DNA from: Acidimicrobiia bacterium | Lineage (GTDB): Bacteria; Actinomycetota; Acidimicrobiia; Acidimicrobiales; JAHEJN01 | Assembly: GCA_029861625.1 (NCBI GenBank) | Contig: JAOTZB010000001.1 | Location: 1 to 48,086 of the forward strand | Direction of reading: 5' to 3' | DNA: 48,086 nucleotides | In this document: in pieces, positions 27,038-35,928 of the stretch | Layout of the letters: every line of letters begins with the position of its first letter | Numbering within the stretch: position 1 is the first letter of the stretch | Program-made: the position numbers and the translations under genes | Notes under the pieces: generated by a model | Told to the model about the DNA's origin: nothing | Databases searched by the model: none | What the model saw: the letters and a program-made list of their open reading frames with translations, nothing else

Positions 27038-27417
27038 GCCGTTCCGGCCCCGACGAGCGCGGCGTTGTCGCCGTTGAGCTCGCGCTGCTCCTGCCGTTCC
27101 TCGTCCTCATGGTCTGGGGGATCATCGAGTTCTCGCGCGGCTACAACGCCAAGGTCACCGTCACCCACTCGGCTCGAGAAGGCGTGCGAGCCTACGCCCT
27201 CGACGAGGATCCGGTCACTGCGGCCAAGAACGCAGCCGGAAGCCTCGACCCCAACAGCCTCACCGTCACGGTGTCGGGCGCACAACCGTGTACGACCGGC
27301 GAACAGGTGAGCGTCACCGTCAGCTACCCGATCGACTACGAGATCCCCTTCTTCGGGGGCGGGACGTGGACGGTGTCCGACACGGGCACGATGCGATGCG
27401 AAGCGGGCACGCCGTGA
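27034..27417 (+). CDS. tadE: TadE-like pseudopilin/minor pilin
   Basis: GTGA overlap with the flp-2 stop. N-terminus ERGVVAVELALLLPFLVLMVWGIIEFSRGY is the TadE-like domain. Confidence 0.8.
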   Translation: MSRSGPDERGVVAVELALLLPFLVLMVWGIIEFSRGYNAKVTVTHSAREGVRAYALDEDPVTAAKNAAGSLDPNSLTVTVSGAQPCTTGEQVSVTVSYPIDYEIPFFGGGTWTVSDTGTMRCEAGTP

Positions 27418-28460
27418 CACCCCGGACGAACGAGCGTGGCGTGGCGGCCATCATGGTCGCGCTCATGACCGTCGTGATCGTCGCATTCGCGGCGTACGCG
27501 GTCGATGCGGGCGTCCTCTTCCAGGAGAAGCGCGAGCTCCAGGTCGGCGCCGAGGCGGCGGCTCTGGCCATCGCCCAGGACTGCGCAGGCGGAAACTGCG
27601 GCACCTTCAACGGCACTGCGGAGACCTACGCCGACGCCAACGCCACCGACGACGAGGCCCGGGTCATCTCGGTGACCTTTCCCCAGGCGAATCAGGTACG
27701 AGTCGACGTGGGGAGCCGCAACGGCGGTGAGGACCGCGATGGCGATCCGAACACCGTCGACACGTTCTTCGCCCCCGTGATCGGCGTGAACGGTGTCGAT
27801 GTCCGGGCCTCGGCGGTCGCCGAGTGGGGGCCGGTCGGGTCGGCGCGCACCCTCCCGCTGATCTTCGGCCTCTGCGAATGGAATCAAGCAGTGGGCTCGA
27901 CGACGCTGCCCGTCGATCCGAGCGTGTTCCCGACCGCAATCGTCCCGATCGTCTTCCACTTCGGCAACGGCCCCGACGGGCCGAGCGAGTGCGCCTTCAA
28001 CGCCGGTCAGGACATCGATCCCGACGAGACCCGCCTTCCAGGAGGCTTCGGGTGGCTCGAGCAGACCAACTGCCAAACCGAGATCCTCGCCGGGAACTGG
28101 TTGAAGGCCAAGACCGGCGCCGGCGCACCGGGGAGCTGTGATCCGGCCGGGCTCGGCCTGGTGGTCGGCAATGTCGTCACCATCCCGATCTTCGACCAGA
28201 TCGTGAAGGGCGGCGACATCCCGGAGTGCTCGAGCGGCGGATTCTGCTACCACATCTTCGCCTTCGCCGGCCTCGAGATCACCGGCTTCCGGCTCCCCGG
28301 TGGCCAGGAGTGGCGCCAGGGCAACTACAGCGTCTGCGACGCGCTCGGTCCGGGCAACTCGACGACCTGCCTCGTCGGTCGCTTCACGGACGTGTTCGAA
28401 CCAGGAGCAATAACGGGCGGACCGAACCTCGGCGCCTTGACCATCAGCCTCGTCGGATGA
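27414..28460 (+). CDS. TadG-like/Tad_N-domain protein, Cys-rich (candidate minor or tip pilin)
   Basis: GTGA overlap with the tadE stop. ERGVAAIMVALMTVVIVAFAAYAVDAGVLFQEKRELQ matches the TadE/G-like N-terminal segment. The predicted extracytoplasmic body has 10 Cys. Confidence 0.7.
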   Translation: MTPRTNERGVAAIMVALMTVVIVAFAAYAVDAGVLFQEKRELQVGAEAAALAIAQDCAGGNCGTFNGTAETYADANATDDEARVISVTFPQANQVRVDVGSRNGGEDRDGDPNTVDTFFAPVIGVNGVDVRASAVAEWGPVGSARTLPLIFGLCEWNQAVGSTTLPVDPSVFPTAIVPIVFHFGNGPDGPSECAFNAGQDIDPDETRLPGGFGWLEQTNCQTEILAGNWLKAKTGAGAPGSCDPAGLGLVVGNVVTIPIFDQIVKGGDIPECSSGGFCYHIFAFAGLEITGFRLPGGQEWRQGNYSVCDALGPGNSTTCLVGRFTDVFEPGAITGGPNLGALTISLVG

Positions 28461-28479
28461 CGATGGAAAGGATTATTCG

Positions 28480-29376
28480 ATGAACAAGAAAGTATTGGGC
28501 ATCATCGTGGCCATCGCGCTCGCCGGGTTCGGTACGTTCGCGCTGGCCGCATACGTGGAGGGCGCCGAGGATCGGGCGCTCGAGGGCGAGGAGCTCGTCC
28601 AGGTGTACGTGGTCGAGGACCTGATCCCGGCGGGCATGCCCGCGGAGGACATCGTCGACCGGGTAGCCCAGGAGCGGGTCCCCGCCAAGATCGTCCCCGA
28701 CGGCGTGATCAGCGACCTCGACGTGCTCGAGGAGCTCATCGCCTCGGTCGACCTCCTTCCCGGCGAGCAGCTCGTCAGGGGCCGGTTCAGCACGCCGGCA
28801 GTGTTCGATCGTGAGCAGGCACGGGCGATCGACGTGCCGCCCGGGCTCCAGGAGGTGACGCTGTCGCTCGATCCCCACCGTGCGGTCGGTGGCAACATCC
28901 TGCCCGGCGACTCCGTGGGCGTGTTCTTGTCGTTCGATCCCTTCGACCTCGAAGGAGTCGTCGACATCGACAATGCCGAGGAGACCACGTTCTCCGATCT
29001 CGCGATCCAGTCGAGCCAGACCGACGACGGTTCCGGCGAGACGACCGAGGACGACGCGGAGACAACGGCACAGAAGACGCCGAACACGACCTCGCTGACC
29101 CTGCACAAGGTGCTCGTCACGAACGTGCAGCTCGAACGGCTCCCGGAGACGATCGAGGAAGAGTCGAGCGAGGGCATCAACTCCGAGACCACCCTGGCCC
29201 CCACCGGCAATCTTCTGGTGACGGTTGCGCTCGACACTGCCGACGCCGAGCGGCTCGTGTTCGGGGCCGAGTTCGGCCATGTCTGGCTGTCGTCGGAGTC
29301 CGAGGAAGCTCGGGAGCTCGGTGGACGCATCCAGACCCGGGCGACCGTCTACCTGGATCTCTCGAGGGTGAACTGA
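28480..29376 (+). CDS. cpaB: Flp pilus assembly protein CpaB/RcpC (SAF-domain)
   Basis: N-terminal anchor KKVLGIIVAIALAGFGTFALAAYV. SAF-like VYVVEDLIPAGMP...DLLPGEQLVRGRF. Carries an acidic/Thr-rich insertion. Confidence 0.85.
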   Translation: MNKKVLGIIVAIALAGFGTFALAAYVEGAEDRALEGEELVQVYVVEDLIPAGMPAEDIVDRVAQERVPAKIVPDGVISDLDVLEELIASVDLLPGEQLVRGRFSTPAVFDREQARAIDVPPGLQEVTLSLDPHRAVGGNILPGDSVGVFLSFDPFDLEGVVDIDNAEETTFSDLAIQSSQTDDGSGETTEDDAETTAQKTPNTTSLTLHKVLVTNVQLERLPETIEEESSEGINSETTLAPTGNLLVTVALDTADAERLVFGAEFGHVWLSSESEEARELGGRIQTRATVYLDLSRVN

Positions 29377-29377
29377 G

Positions 29378-30568
29378 ATGCGCGACGTTGTATTGGCAAG
29401 CGCCGAGACGGCGTTCGAGGATCGCATCCGCTCGGCCTTCAACGGAACGCTGAACGGGCAGCTCGCCCGAATCTCGGAACCGAATGTCGATCGCCTGATC
29501 GACCAGGACCCGGCGATCATCGCGCTCGGCCCCGACCTCCAGGTCGACGAGATGTTGACCGTGGTCGAGGAGATCGACCGGCGCCGGCCCGAGATCACCG
29601 TGATGATGATCGTCGAGCCCACCGCCTCGTTGTGGGAGCGGGCCCTCCGCGCCGGCGCCCGTGACCTCATCGATCCCGAAACCAGCGACGAGCTCCTCCG
29701 CGAGGCGATCGAACGGGCGATGAAGCGCTCGACCCGCCAGCGCCAGAACGTGGTTGCGCGGTACGAGCCGCCCGATGCACCGCCCGAGGTCGGACACGGC
29801 CGCATTCTGGTCGTGGCCTCCCCGAAGGGTGGCAGCGGGAAGACGATGCTCGCCAGCAACCTGGCATACGGCCTGGCCCGGCGACACCCGAGCGAGGTCG
29901 CCGTCGTCGATCTCGACCTCCAGTTCGGCGACATCGGCACGGCTCTGCGGCTCTCGCCCGAGTACTCCATGGCGCACGCACTCGAGTTCACCGACGATCC
30001 GGTGCAGCTGAAGAGCTTCATGACTGCGCACCCGGCCGGGTTCTGGGCACTCTGTGCCCCCGACTCGCCCGGTGTGGCCGACGAGCTGTCGGCCGAGGCG
30101 GTCCAGAAGGTGCTGGCGACGCTGTCGAGGGAATTCCCATTCCTGGTGGTCGACACGGGCGCGGGACTCGACGAGCACACGCTCACGGCTCTCGACATGG
30201 CGACGGACCACGTGCTCGTGTCGACCACCGATGTCACGGCGATCCAGAGCCTGCGCAAGGTGATGGTCGTGCTCGATCAGCTCGACCTCGAAGGTGCGAC
30301 CCGACACGTCGTGCTGAATCGGGCGAACGCCAAGGTCGGTCTGACCACCGAGGACATCGAGCGCACGATCGGCCTGCCGATCGAGACGCGGATTCCGAGC
30401 GCCCGCATCGTTCCGACCGCGATGAACCAGGGCACACCGATCCTCGAGGACAACGCACGCTCGTCGGTCGGTCGGTCGATCGACGGCCTGATCGAGCGGC
30501 TCGACCCTGTGCACGCCGACGGATCACGACGTTCGAGACGCCAACGACGAAAGGGAGCGGAGCAATGA
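29378..30568 (+). CDS. tadZ: TadZ/CpaE: receiver-like N-domain + ParA/MinD-type ATPase
   Basis: Deviant Walker A VVASPKGGSGKTMLASNLA. The N-terminal domain is about 120 aa and CheY-like. Starts 1 nt after the cpaB stop (TGAgATG). Confidence 0.88.
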   Translation: MRDVVLASAETAFEDRIRSAFNGTLNGQLARISEPNVDRLIDQDPAIIALGPDLQVDEMLTVVEEIDRRRPEITVMMIVEPTASLWERALRAGARDLIDPETSDELLREAIERAMKRSTRQRQNVVARYEPPDAPPEVGHGRILVVASPKGGSGKTMLASNLAYGLARRHPSEVAVVDLDLQFGDIGTALRLSPEYSMAHALEFTDDPVQLKSFMTAHPAGFWALCAPDSPGVADELSAEAVQKVLATLSREFPFLVVDTGAGLDEHTLTALDMATDHVLVSTTDVTAIQSLRKVMVVLDQLDLEGATRHVVLNRANAKVGLTTEDIERTIGLPIETRIPSARIVPTAMNQGTPILEDNARSSVGRSIDGLIERLDPVHADGSRRSRRQRRKGAEQ

Positions 30569-32016
30569 GACTCGGGGATCGACTCAAGCAGGTCCAGGAT
30601 CGTGAGCCGAGCGAGGGCGACGCGGCGGCGGTCACACCCGTGCCGGCGCCACCGGCGGGGACGGTCCAGGCGGTCAACCGCAACGGCGACGACGGCGCAG
30701 AGGTCCGCGAGCTGCCGGTGAACCCCCTGGTGGGGCTCCGGCTCCGGGCCCAGGAGGCGCTGTTCAGCCGCCTCGGGAGTCGCCTGCACGACTCGTCGTT
30801 GTCGGCCGAGCAGCTCCAGCGCCAGGTGCACGACGAGCTGCTCCAGATCGTCGACGCCGAGAACGCGCCGCTGAGCCCGAGCGAGCGCGAGACGCTCGTC
30901 TCGACCATGGCCCACGACATCTTGGGCTACGGCCCGCTCCAGGCCTACCTCGAGGACGATGCCGTCACCGAGATCATGGTCTCGAGCGGCGGACCGGTCT
31001 ACGTCGAGCGTGGCGGCGTGATCGAGGCGACGGGCTCGCGGTTCTTGTCCGAGGAGCACCTGCGCCGGGTCATCGAACGCATCGTGTCCGACGTCGGTCG
31101 GCGCATCGACGAGTCGTCGCCGATGGTCGACGCCCGCCTTCCCGATGGCTCCCGGGTCAACGCGGTGATCCCGCCGCTGACGGTCGACGGCGCGAGCCTG
31201 ACCGTCCGCAAGTTCTCCCGGCGTCCGTTCCTCATCGACGACCTCATCTCGAACCAGACGATCACGCCGCGCGTCGCGTCGGTCCTGGAGGCCTGCGTTG
31301 CCGCCCGTATCAGCGTGCTGGTGAGCGGTGGGACCGGCTCCGGCAAGACCACCTTCCTGAACGTGCTCTCGTCGTTCATCGGCGACCGGGAACGTGTCGT
31401 CACCATCGAGGACGCCGTCGAGCTCCAGATGCAACAGCCGCATGTCATCCGAATGGAGACCCGCCCACCCAACCTCGAAGGCACGGGACAGGTCACGATC
31501 CGCGATCTCGTCAGGAACTCGCTTCGCATGCGGCCCGATCGCATCATCGTCGGCGAGGTCCGCGGCGGCGAGGCCCTCGACATGTTGCAGGCCATGAACA
31601 CCGGCCACGAGGGATCGCTCACGACCCTGCACGCCAACTCACCCCGTGATGCGCTCGCCCGACTCGAGACGATGGTCCTGATGGCGGGCATGGACCTGCC
31701 GTTGCGAGCCATTCGCGAGCAGATCGCGAGCGCCATCGGTGTCATCGTCCACACCGCCCGTCTCAGCGACGGCAGCCGCAAGGTCGTCGGCGTGAGCGAG
31801 GTGACCGGCATGGAGGGCGACATGATCCAGCTGTCGGAGATCTTCTCGTTCGACTGGGACGCAGGCGTCGACCCGCACGGCCGGTTCCTCGGTGTGGCCC
31901 AGCCCACCGGGTTGCGGCCGACCTTCGCGAAGCGACTGGCCGAGCTCGGCACCGAGCTCCCACCCGACACCTACGGCAACTCACACGAGAAGCTGATCGC
32001 AGGGGGCTCGAGGTGA
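30565..32016 (+). CDS. tadA: TadA/CpaF secretion ATPase
   Basis: Walker A SGGTGSGKTTFLN, Asp box, Walker B RIIVGEVRGGEA and His box TGHEGSLTTLHAN. ATGA overlap with tadZ. Confidence 0.95.
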   Translation: MRLGDRLKQVQDREPSEGDAAAVTPVPAPPAGTVQAVNRNGDDGAEVRELPVNPLVGLRLRAQEALFSRLGSRLHDSSLSAEQLQRQVHDELLQIVDAENAPLSPSERETLVSTMAHDILGYGPLQAYLEDDAVTEIMVSSGGPVYVERGGVIEATGSRFLSEEHLRRVIERIVSDVGRRIDESSPMVDARLPDGSRVNAVIPPLTVDGASLTVRKFSRRPFLIDDLISNQTITPRVASVLEACVAARISVLVSGGTGSGKTTFLNVLSSFIGDRERVVTIEDAVELQMQQPHVIRMETRPPNLEGTGQVTIRDLVRNSLRMRPDRIIVGEVRGGEALDMLQAMNTGHEGSLTTLHANSPRDALARLETMVLMAGMDLPLRAIREQIASAIGVIVHTARLSDGSRKVVGVSEVTGMEGDMIQLSEIFSFDWDAGVDPHGRFLGVAQPTGLRPTFAKRLAELGTELPPDTYGNSHEKLIAGGSR

Positions 32017-33974
32017 AGCCCGGTCGCGACAACCAGGTCGCCGTCCTGTTGGCCACGCTGATGGTGAGCCTGTACGTGGTCGCCGGTCAGGGTTTCGTCG
32101 CGACCGCGCAGGAACCCTCCGAGCTGATCGTCGAACAGGTCGTCGACGACGACTTCCCGGTGGTCCAGCTGACCGTGACGGCGCCGCGTGCGCTCATCGG
32201 AACCGATCTCGTCGACGACGACTTCGTGGTCGTCGACGACGATGTCCCCCGCGACGTGCGGATCGATCGAGTCCCCAGCGACGACCTCGAGGTCGTCTTG
32301 TTGGTCGACACGTCGGGCAGCATGAGCGGGGCGCCGATCGCGCAGGCCCGAGAGGCTGCGTCCGTCTTCATCGACCAGCTTCCCCCCACCACGAGAGTCG
32401 CGGTCATGGGCTTCGGGTGGACGCCGGCCGTGGTCGAACCGTTCACCACCGATCTCGACCTCGCCCGGGCAGCCGTCGAACGGCTGGGCGCATCAGGGGA
32501 GACCGCGTTGTACGACGGGGTCTCGGCGGCCGTCGCGCAGTTCGACCTGACGACGAACGCTCAACGACGCATCGTCCTGGTCAGCGACGGTGGCGACACC
32601 GTGAGCGAGTCCGGTCTCGTCGCGACGAACGTATTGCTCGACTCCTCGGACCTCCAGCTCCAGGTGATCTCGCTGGTCACCGCCGAGTCGGACTCGTCTG
32701 CCCTCGAGTCGTTGGCGAGGAGCGGGAACGGGCGGGTGGTCGAGGCCAGCGACCCCGAAGCACTCACCGATGTGTTCGACGGCGTCGCCTCGGCCCTCGT
32801 GAACCAGTACCGGGTCTCGTTCGAGCTCGACGGAGGTGGTCGCACGATCATCGGGATCGGGCTCGACCGCGACGGAACCAGCGCGACGGCCTCGATCGAG
32901 GCGTCTTTCGCGGAGGTGGCGGCTCCCGCGACGCCGGCACCGGTTGCGAGCGAGCCGGCGGCCAGTCCGGCCGAGCCGGAGGTCGCCATCGCGCCGCCTC
33001 CGAGAGTCACCCCCGACACCGGCAGCAGCTGGTTGCTACCGGCCGGGCTGGGCGCGAGCTTCTTCGGGCTCGTCGTCCTGCTTGCTGTGCTCTTTGCGCC
33101 GGGCCGGCGTCAGAACGTCCTGCGGGACTGGGCACCGGCCGCGGCGACATCGAGTCGGGCGGTCGGGCGCTGGGTTCGCGGCACGCCGGGGTGGGTCATG
33201 TCGGCAGTCGACAGCACGCTGTCCCGCCGGGGCCGTGAGCGCCGGCTCGAGCTCACGCTCGCACAGGCCGGCATCGAGATGCGTCCGGCGGAGGTGCTGC
33301 TCTTGTCGACCGTCGCAACGCTCGTCGCCGTGCTGGTCGGCATGGTGTTCGGCGGGATCGTCGGCGGGATCCTCCTCGGGGTCACCGCAGTGCTGGTCGT
33401 CAGGACGCTCATCAAGCGCCGCGCCGAGGCACGGAAGGCGAAGTTCGCCGAGCAGCTGCATGGCGTGCTCCAGATGATGGCGGCATCGGTTCGGGCCGGC
33501 TACTCGATCGCTCAGGCGGTCGACACGGTGGCCCGGGAAGCCGAGTCGCCTGCACGCGACGAGTTCCAACGTGTTCTCGTCGAGGTCCAGCTCGGTCGCG
33601 ACATGACCGACGGCTTCGCGGCGCTCGCCGAACGGGTGGACAACGAGGACTTCCGGTGGGTGGTCGAGGCCATCGATATCAGCCGCGCCGTCGGCGGTGA
33701 CCTCGGTGAGGTCCTCGACAACATCGCGTCGACCATCCGAGACCGTGACCGGGTGCGGCGCCACGTCCAGACCCTCAGCTCGGAGGGCCGGCTCTCCGCG
33801 TGGATTCTCTCGGCGCTGCCGTTCGTCATGGCCGGATGGCTCGCCTTCGTCAATCCCGACTATCTGGCCCAGCTGACCGATCGCGGCAACGGCCGGGCGC
33901 TCATCGGATGCACGCTGATCCTGGTCGGCATAGGGATCGTGTGGATGCAACGCATCGCGCGGCCAGAGTTCTAG
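32013..33974 (+). CDS. tadB: fusion protein: signal/anchor + extracytoplasmic vWA domain + Pro/Ala linker + TadB (T2SSF) platform domain
   Basis: GTGA overlap with tadA. MIDAS motif VLLVDTSGSMSG...GETALYDG...VLVSDGGDT. Linker AAPATPAPVASEPAASPAEPEVAIAPPP, TM LGASFFGLVVLLAVLF, then the T2SSF block LQMMAASVRAGYSIAQAVDTVAREAESPARDEFQRV. Confidence 0.85.
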   Translation: MKPGRDNQVAVLLATLMVSLYVVAGQGFVATAQEPSELIVEQVVDDDFPVVQLTVTAPRALIGTDLVDDDFVVVDDDVPRDVRIDRVPSDDLEVVLLVDTSGSMSGAPIAQAREAASVFIDQLPPTTRVAVMGFGWTPAVVEPFTTDLDLARAAVERLGASGETALYDGVSAAVAQFDLTTNAQRRIVLVSDGGDTVSESGLVATNVLLDSSDLQLQVISLVTAESDSSALESLARSGNGRVVEASDPEALTDVFDGVASALVNQYRVSFELDGGGRTIIGIGLDRDGTSATASIEASFAEVAAPATPAPVASEPAASPAEPEVAIAPPPRVTPDTGSSWLLPAGLGASFFGLVVLLAVLFAPGRRQNVLRDWAPAAATSSRAVGRWVRGTPGWVMSAVDSTLSRRGRERRLELTLAQAGIEMRPAEVLLLSTVATLVAVLVGMVFGGIVGGILLGVTAVLVVRTLIKRRAEARKAKFAEQLHGVLQMMAASVRAGYSIAQAVDTVAREAESPARDEFQRVLVEVQLGRDMTDGFAALAERVDNEDFRWVVEAIDISRAVGGDLGEVLDNIASTIRDRDRVRRHVQTLSSEGRLSAWILSALPFVMAGWLAFVNPDYLAQLTDRGNGRALIGCTLILVGIGIVWMQRIARPEF

Positions 33975-33984
33975 GAGGAATCTC

Positions 33985-34896
33985 GTGCCTGTCATCGTCT
34001 ACATCGCCTCGTTCGCTATCGCCGTGTCGGTTCCGATCGCCTGGTGGTCGGTTGCGAGCTCTCGCGGCGGGCATCGGGCCCGCCAGCATCTGGTGGCTGC
34101 GGGCCGTTCGGCCGATCTGAGGAGTCTGAGACTCGAACTGCCTGCCGCAGACCGTGTCTGGGGTCCGCTCAGCGGCTGGGCTGTCGGCAAGGTCAGGCGG
34201 ATCACACCCGGTGGCGTCGTCGATCAGATGCAGCGACGGATCCACCTCGCGGGCATCAGCTCGAGATGGACCGTCGAGCGAGTGCTCGGCATCAAGGTTC
34301 TCGTGACGCTGACGTTGATCGCGCTGGGGCTGATCGGCGTGGCCTCGTCGCCGTCGCCGAGCAGCGGCCTGCTCGCGATCTCGATGGTCGGTGCCGGTTG
34401 GATCATGCCCGACGTCGTGCTCCGGCGGCGGGCCGACACCCGCCAGGCGGACATCCGACGTGACCTGCCCGACGTCATCGACCAGGTGATGATCAACGTC
34501 GAGGCCGGACAGAGCTTCGATGCTGCGCTCGACAGGGTTTCTCGCCGGGGGAGCGGCCCCGCTGCCGAGGAATTCCGGCGGGTCATGCAGGACATCCAGT
34601 TCGGCATGACCCGCCGCGAAGCTCTCGAGCTTCTCGTCGAACGCACCGATGTCCCCGACCTCCGCGAGCTCGTCCAATCGCTGGCCCAGGCCGAGCGGTA
34701 CGGCGTCCCCCTCGGACGTGTTCTCAGGGTCCAGGCCGACGAGCTGCGTGACAAGCGCAAGGAACGGGCCGAGGAACGCGCACAGAAGGTGCCGATCAAG
34801 ATCCTCTTCCCCGTGATCTTCTGCATCTTCCCGGCACTGTTCGTGATCATCCTCGGTCCCGGCATCCTCCAGGTCGTGGAAGACGGGGTCATCTGA
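33985..34896 (+). CDS. tadC: TadC (T2SSF-family platform protein)
   Basis: GTG at 33985 follows AGGAGG. T2SSF block DLPDVIDQVMINVEAGQSFDAALDRV...LAQAERYGVPLGRVL, with a C-terminal TM. Confidence 0.88.
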   Translation: MPVIVYIASFAIAVSVPIAWWSVASSRGGHRARQHLVAAGRSADLRSLRLELPAADRVWGPLSGWAVGKVRRITPGGVVDQMQRRIHLAGISSRWTVERVLGIKVLVTLTLIALGLIGVASSPSPSSGLLAISMVGAGWIMPDVVLRRRADTRQADIRRDLPDVIDQVMINVEAGQSFDAALDRVSRRGSGPAAEEFRRVMQDIQFGMTRREALELLVERTDVPDLRELVQSLAQAERYGVPLGRVLRVQADELRDKRKERAEERAQKVPIKILFPVIFCIFPALFVIILGPGILQVVEDGVI

Positions 34897-34897
34897 G

Positions 34898-35914
34898 ATG
34901 GCTCTGAACGCCGCACCCGGCCGATACATGGGCAAGTCGGTCTCGGTTCGCACGATGCTCGACCGGCTCGGACGCGCCGACCTCGTTGCGGTCCGCAACG
35001 GCGAGACGCCCGTCGCAACGGGCTTCGAGCCGCTCGATCGTGAGCTCGAGGGCGGCTTCCGGGCCGGCGAGCTCGCCGTGCTCGGCGGTCCGCCGGGCGT
35101 GGGCAAGACCGCTGTGGCCCTGCAATGGGCCCGCCATGCAGCCGCAGCAGGACGCGACGTTGCCTTCGTCTGCTACGAGCACGATCCCGACCAGCTCTTC
35201 GGCCGGCTCCTCGCCGCCGAGATCGGCGCTCTCGGCGCGGTCGGAGACGCCGACGAACGGGCGCAGCTCCGCGATGTCATCCGCGACGCGATGGCAGGGG
35301 CATGGGGAGCGCAGGGCCCGGCCAGCCGACTGCCGAGGGTGCGGGCCGCACTGTCACGGATCGACGTGTACGCGCACCACCTCCAGCTCATCGGCGGGTC
35401 CCGTCTCACGACGCTCGTCGAGCTCGAGCAGCTCTGCGTCGAATTCGGCGCCGCCAACGGGCTGATCATCGTGGACTACCTCCAGAAGCTCCCGATCCCC
35501 GAGCTCGCCGGCGACAGCAACGGACGCATGGTGGCCGCCGCCGAAGGGCTCAAGGACATCGCGCTCCGCCAGCACGTCGCCGTCGTGGCGTTGTCCTCGG
35601 CGGGCTCGCAGGCCCTACGCGAGCGCCGGCTCGGGTTGCCGTCACTCCGGGGAGCGGCGGCCATCGCATACGAGGCAGACATCGCGATCGTCATGAACGA
35701 AAAGCGCGAGATCGTCTCGCGAGTGCACGTCAACAGCGACCCGGCGCGGCTGCGATCGTTCGCGGGTTGGGTCGTGATGACCATCGAGAAGAACCGCCGA
35801 GGTCCGGCGCCGATCGACACCGAGTTCGCGAAGAATCTCGAGTTCTTCAGGCTCGAACCTGCCGGTCGTTACGTGAGCGAGAAGCTGATCGACGAGATCC
35901 TCTACCTGGAGTAG
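34898..35914 (+). CDS. stand-alone RecA-superfamily P-loop ATPase (DnaB C-terminal domain / KaiC-like), last gene of the tad operon
   Basis: Starts 1 nt after the tadC stop. Walker A GGPPGVGKT, Walker B LIIVDYLQK, and a DnaB_C-like block LSSAGSQALRERRLGLPSLRGAAAIAYEADIAIVMNEKRE. No DnaB N-terminal domain. Confidence 0.8.
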   Translation: MALNAAPGRYMGKSVSVRTMLDRLGRADLVAVRNGETPVATGFEPLDRELEGGFRAGELAVLGGPPGVGKTAVALQWARHAAAAGRDVAFVCYEHDPDQLFGRLLAAEIGALGAVGDADERAQLRDVIRDAMAGAWGAQGPASRLPRVRAALSRIDVYAHHLQLIGGSRLTTLVELEQLCVEFGAANGLIIVDYLQKLPIPELAGDSNGRMVAAAEGLKDIALRQHVAVVALSSAGSQALRERRLGLPSLRGAAAIAYEADIAIVMNEKREIVSRVHVNSDPARLRSFAGWVVMTIEKNRRGPAPIDTEFAKNLEFFRLEPAGRYVSEKLIDEILYLE

Positions 35915-35928
35915 GCCGGCTCGCAGCC

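Noticed and set aside
26583-35914. Search for tadV/cpaA prepilin peptidase, rcpA/cpaC secretin and tadD within or beside the tad operon
   Set aside because: No ORF with polytopic A24 features (paired Asp motifs) or secretin features was found in the window. Absence is reported as an observation, not as a feature.
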